Shown here in pieces: positions 61,826-64,000 of a DNA stretch of 64,000 bases. The stretch is from positions 186,001 through 250,000 of the forward strand of contig LSRY02000063.1 of assembly GCA_001643675.2 (NCBI GenBank), given 5' to 3'. The position numbers and the translations under genes were made by a program. How positions within the stretch are numbered: the first letter of the stretch is position 1; each line of letters begins with the position of its first letter. This DNA comes from Monocercomonoides exilis PA203 (taxonomy: Eukaryota > Protista > Preaxostyla). The notes beneath the pieces are model-generated. The model saw only the letters and a list, made by a program, of their open reading frames with translations. It made no database searches and was not told the origin of the DNA.

Positions 61826-63217
61826 GGTAAGAGCAGAAGATAGGGGTACCTATTTTTTTAATAGAAAAATATTTGTATGCACTCAAAAAGCTTCATTGAC
61901 AATTTCTATGCTGTTTTAAAAAAATAAATGAGTATATTGAGTGAATTCTTGAGATGTTTTGTGAATGTGAAAAAAATACAAAAAAATTCAATTTTCAGTG
62001 TATTCAGAAGCATCACCACCATCACCTGCTCCTATATCCTCGTCCGATGATTCTTCAGCTGTTAGAGTTATGTCGCTATCAGTCTCTGTGTTTTCATCTA
62101 CAAAATCTCTAATTTGCTCCTTTTGATTTTCGTACTCCTTTGTAGGAACAAAGTCATGAATCATTCTAACATATTCGTGAAATTGTAAAGGTTTGTTTTT
62201 TTCCATCATAAAACTTGCCAAATAATTATCTAAAAATTTTAATCTTGTACTTGTACGTGGTAAAAACCTTCTTAATTGACTCCAAAGCCCTTCGATTATG
62301 TTCGTGCAAGCAGATGTTATTTTATCTTTGAATCGATACTTATGGCAAACCGTTGAATGTTTAAAACCCAAAGAATTCAAACAGGAATACGCGCGCCACT
62401 CATCAGAATAAACTGTTGTCTGCTTTTTTACGAATTTTTCAATAATGGGTATCAAAGTTTCTTTCTTTCTGTTTTCGACACGAACTATCAAACATTTTCC
62501 TTGGTTACGATCAGTTTTCCGCTCCACCATTCCAAAGATCCATATTTGTTGCTTGTCCCTTCCTTTTTTGAATTTTCTTTTGCGTAGAACGGCTTCATCT
62601 ATTTCAACGATGCACTCTGATCCTCCCAATATCAAATCCATTTTCGCAACAGTGTTAACAGCAGCTGTTCGAGAAACGCTTGCCCAATATGAAACAGTAT
62701 CTCTGCTTATGCCCACTAAATACGAGATTTGTTTGAAATTTAATTTCATATATAATAAAAGTAAAAGTTGAAGAAGTTTTGATATCCCAATCTTTGACAT
62801 GAAAAACGAAGTGTCCTTATAAACACTTATTTTTCTTTTGCAATTTTTACATATCCAGCAACGCTTCCCCATATTAAGACATAAATTCATTGGTTTTTGA
62901 CAATTCGTGCATTTTTTGGAACAGCAATTAAGTAATTGCACTCGATACCACGTCCAAGCGCAATCAGGGTCCATAAACATTCTTAAATATCTCGAAATAG
63001 ATATATTTGTTTCCATTTCAGTCAGGATCAAATAATAACGAAAACTGATCAATCCCATATTTTCTGAAAAAATGAGTATAATTTGTCAGCAAAAATGTGC
63101 AAATAAATTTCACTTTAAGTGATGTGAATATTACATATATATCTATTTGTTGTTGTTTATACCATTTTTTCTAGGATCAAACAAAAAAAATAGGTACCCC
63201 TATCTTCTGCATTTACC
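61826..63217 (-). mobile_element. Full-length Merlin (IS1595/IS1016-related) DNA transposon
   Basis: ctttcttca|GGTAAgagcagaagataggggtacctatttttt ... aaaaaataggtacccctatcttctgcatTTACC|ctttcttca: ~34-bp TIR, perfect 9-bp TSD. Confidence 0.92.
61988..63058 (-). CDS. Merlin/IS1595-type DDE transposase
   Basis: CTNC..CKNC Zn ribbon, HTH, VEIDE, YSDEWRAY, HSTVCH, TNIIEGLWSQLRR; uninterrupted 356-aa ORF. Confidence 0.9.
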   Translation of the reverse strand: MGLISFRYYLILTEMETNISISRYLRMFMDPDCAWTWYRVQLLNCCSKKCTNCQKPMNLCLNMGKRCWICKNCKRKISVYKDTSFFMSKIGISKLLQLLLLLYMKLNFKQISYLVGISRDTVSYWASVSRTAAVNTVAKMDLILGGSECIVEIDEAVLRKRKFKKGRDKQQIWIFGMVERKTDRNQGKCLIVRVENRKKETLIPIIEKFVKKQTTVYSDEWRAYSCLNSLGFKHSTVCHKYRFKDKITSACTNIIEGLWSQLRRFLPRTSTRLKFLDNYLASFMMEKNKPLQFHEYVRMIHDFVPTKEYENQKEQIRDFVDENTETDSDITLTAEESSDEDIGAGDGGDASEYTEN

Positions 63218-63231
63218 CTTTCTTCATTATT

Positions 63232-63257
63232 AACAACAACAACAACAACAACAACAA

Positions 63258-63312
<55 letters not shown>
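63232..63312. repeat. (AAC)n microsatellite followed by poly(A)
   Basis: Directly visible. Confidence 0.9.
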
Positions 63313-63315
<3 letters not shown>

Positions 63316-64000
63316 AAATATTTTTGAGAAATAAAAAAATTTGTTTCTGTTAAATATTTGTGACTGACGTGATTATTTTCACAAAAAATGAATTGAAAAT
63401 ACAAGTGAAAAAACGATAAAGATAAATGTGTACGATAACTCATTAAAGAAAAAATGATTTCAACTGCTTTTTTATCATTCTCATTCGATTAATCATACGC
63501 TGAAAAAGAAAATTTCTCATACATTCAACATACATACAAACATTAACAAAAGCATGCAACTTTTTCAAAACAGGGATTTTCTAAATCTAAGCATCAAAAC
63601 GAAACAAATAGATAAACTTTTGAAATGTGGATATTGAAAAGATTTTTTGTCATTTTAAATACATACGAAAATACATACACATGAATGACTTTCAAAATGA
63701 ACATTAAAATAAGAAATTTGAATTAAAAAAAAGAAGAAGAATCTAATATTCCACAAGAGAAATGCTTTCCAAAATTTTTTTATATTATCATCTCTTCTCT
63801 TTCAAATGTATCTCATTATCCAGAAGATGATATTTTCAGATGACGCGCAAGAATTCCAAACATTTGCCATCTTATCTTTGAAAACGGTGAAAATGTTTCT
63901 TTTGCACTCAGAAATCACTTCTCAACAAAACCCTTCTCACACGATTATTATCCCCTTCACCATTTCTTTCTCCACAACATTTCTTGTTTTCCTCTCATCG

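Overview
AT-rich eukaryotic (protist) DNA with GT-AG introns and the standard genetic code. Degenerate copies of a lineage-typical gene family suggest an oxymonad such as Monocercomonoides (inference from recalled protein motifs, not a search). Bases 1-5.4 kb hold two spliced host genes (a CCHC zinc-knuckle protein and a secreted vitellogenin-N-like protein) and a minus-strand tRNA gene (5289-5369). Main observation: starting 9 bp upstream of the tRNA 5' end, a gap-free, co-oriented stack of single-gene PIF/Harbinger-type (PHIS, DDE_Tnp_4-like) DNA transposons runs about 49 kb (5379-54680). It has 8 distinct elements (10 counting a 16-kb tandem duplication). They share 7-bp AGAACTT/AAGTTCT-type termini and mostly A-N-T junctions, and the 7 coding ones share a second exon with conserved W-x-L/I-P-x-Q-W and P-L-Q-x-L-L motifs. 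This looks like a tRNA/Pol III-targeted DNA transposon accumulating at one site. Nested inside are a foldback element, hAT-like elements (8-bp TSD) carrying a decayed host gene family, and a 7.2-kb GGG-terminal, 4-bp AWWT-TSD element with mosaic cargo and a 1.7-2.3 kb (TCT/TCC)n tract. The last 9 kb contains about 250-bp AWWT MITEs, a pogo-like pseudogene, a decayed Merlin and an intact Merlin with a perfect 9-bp TSD.
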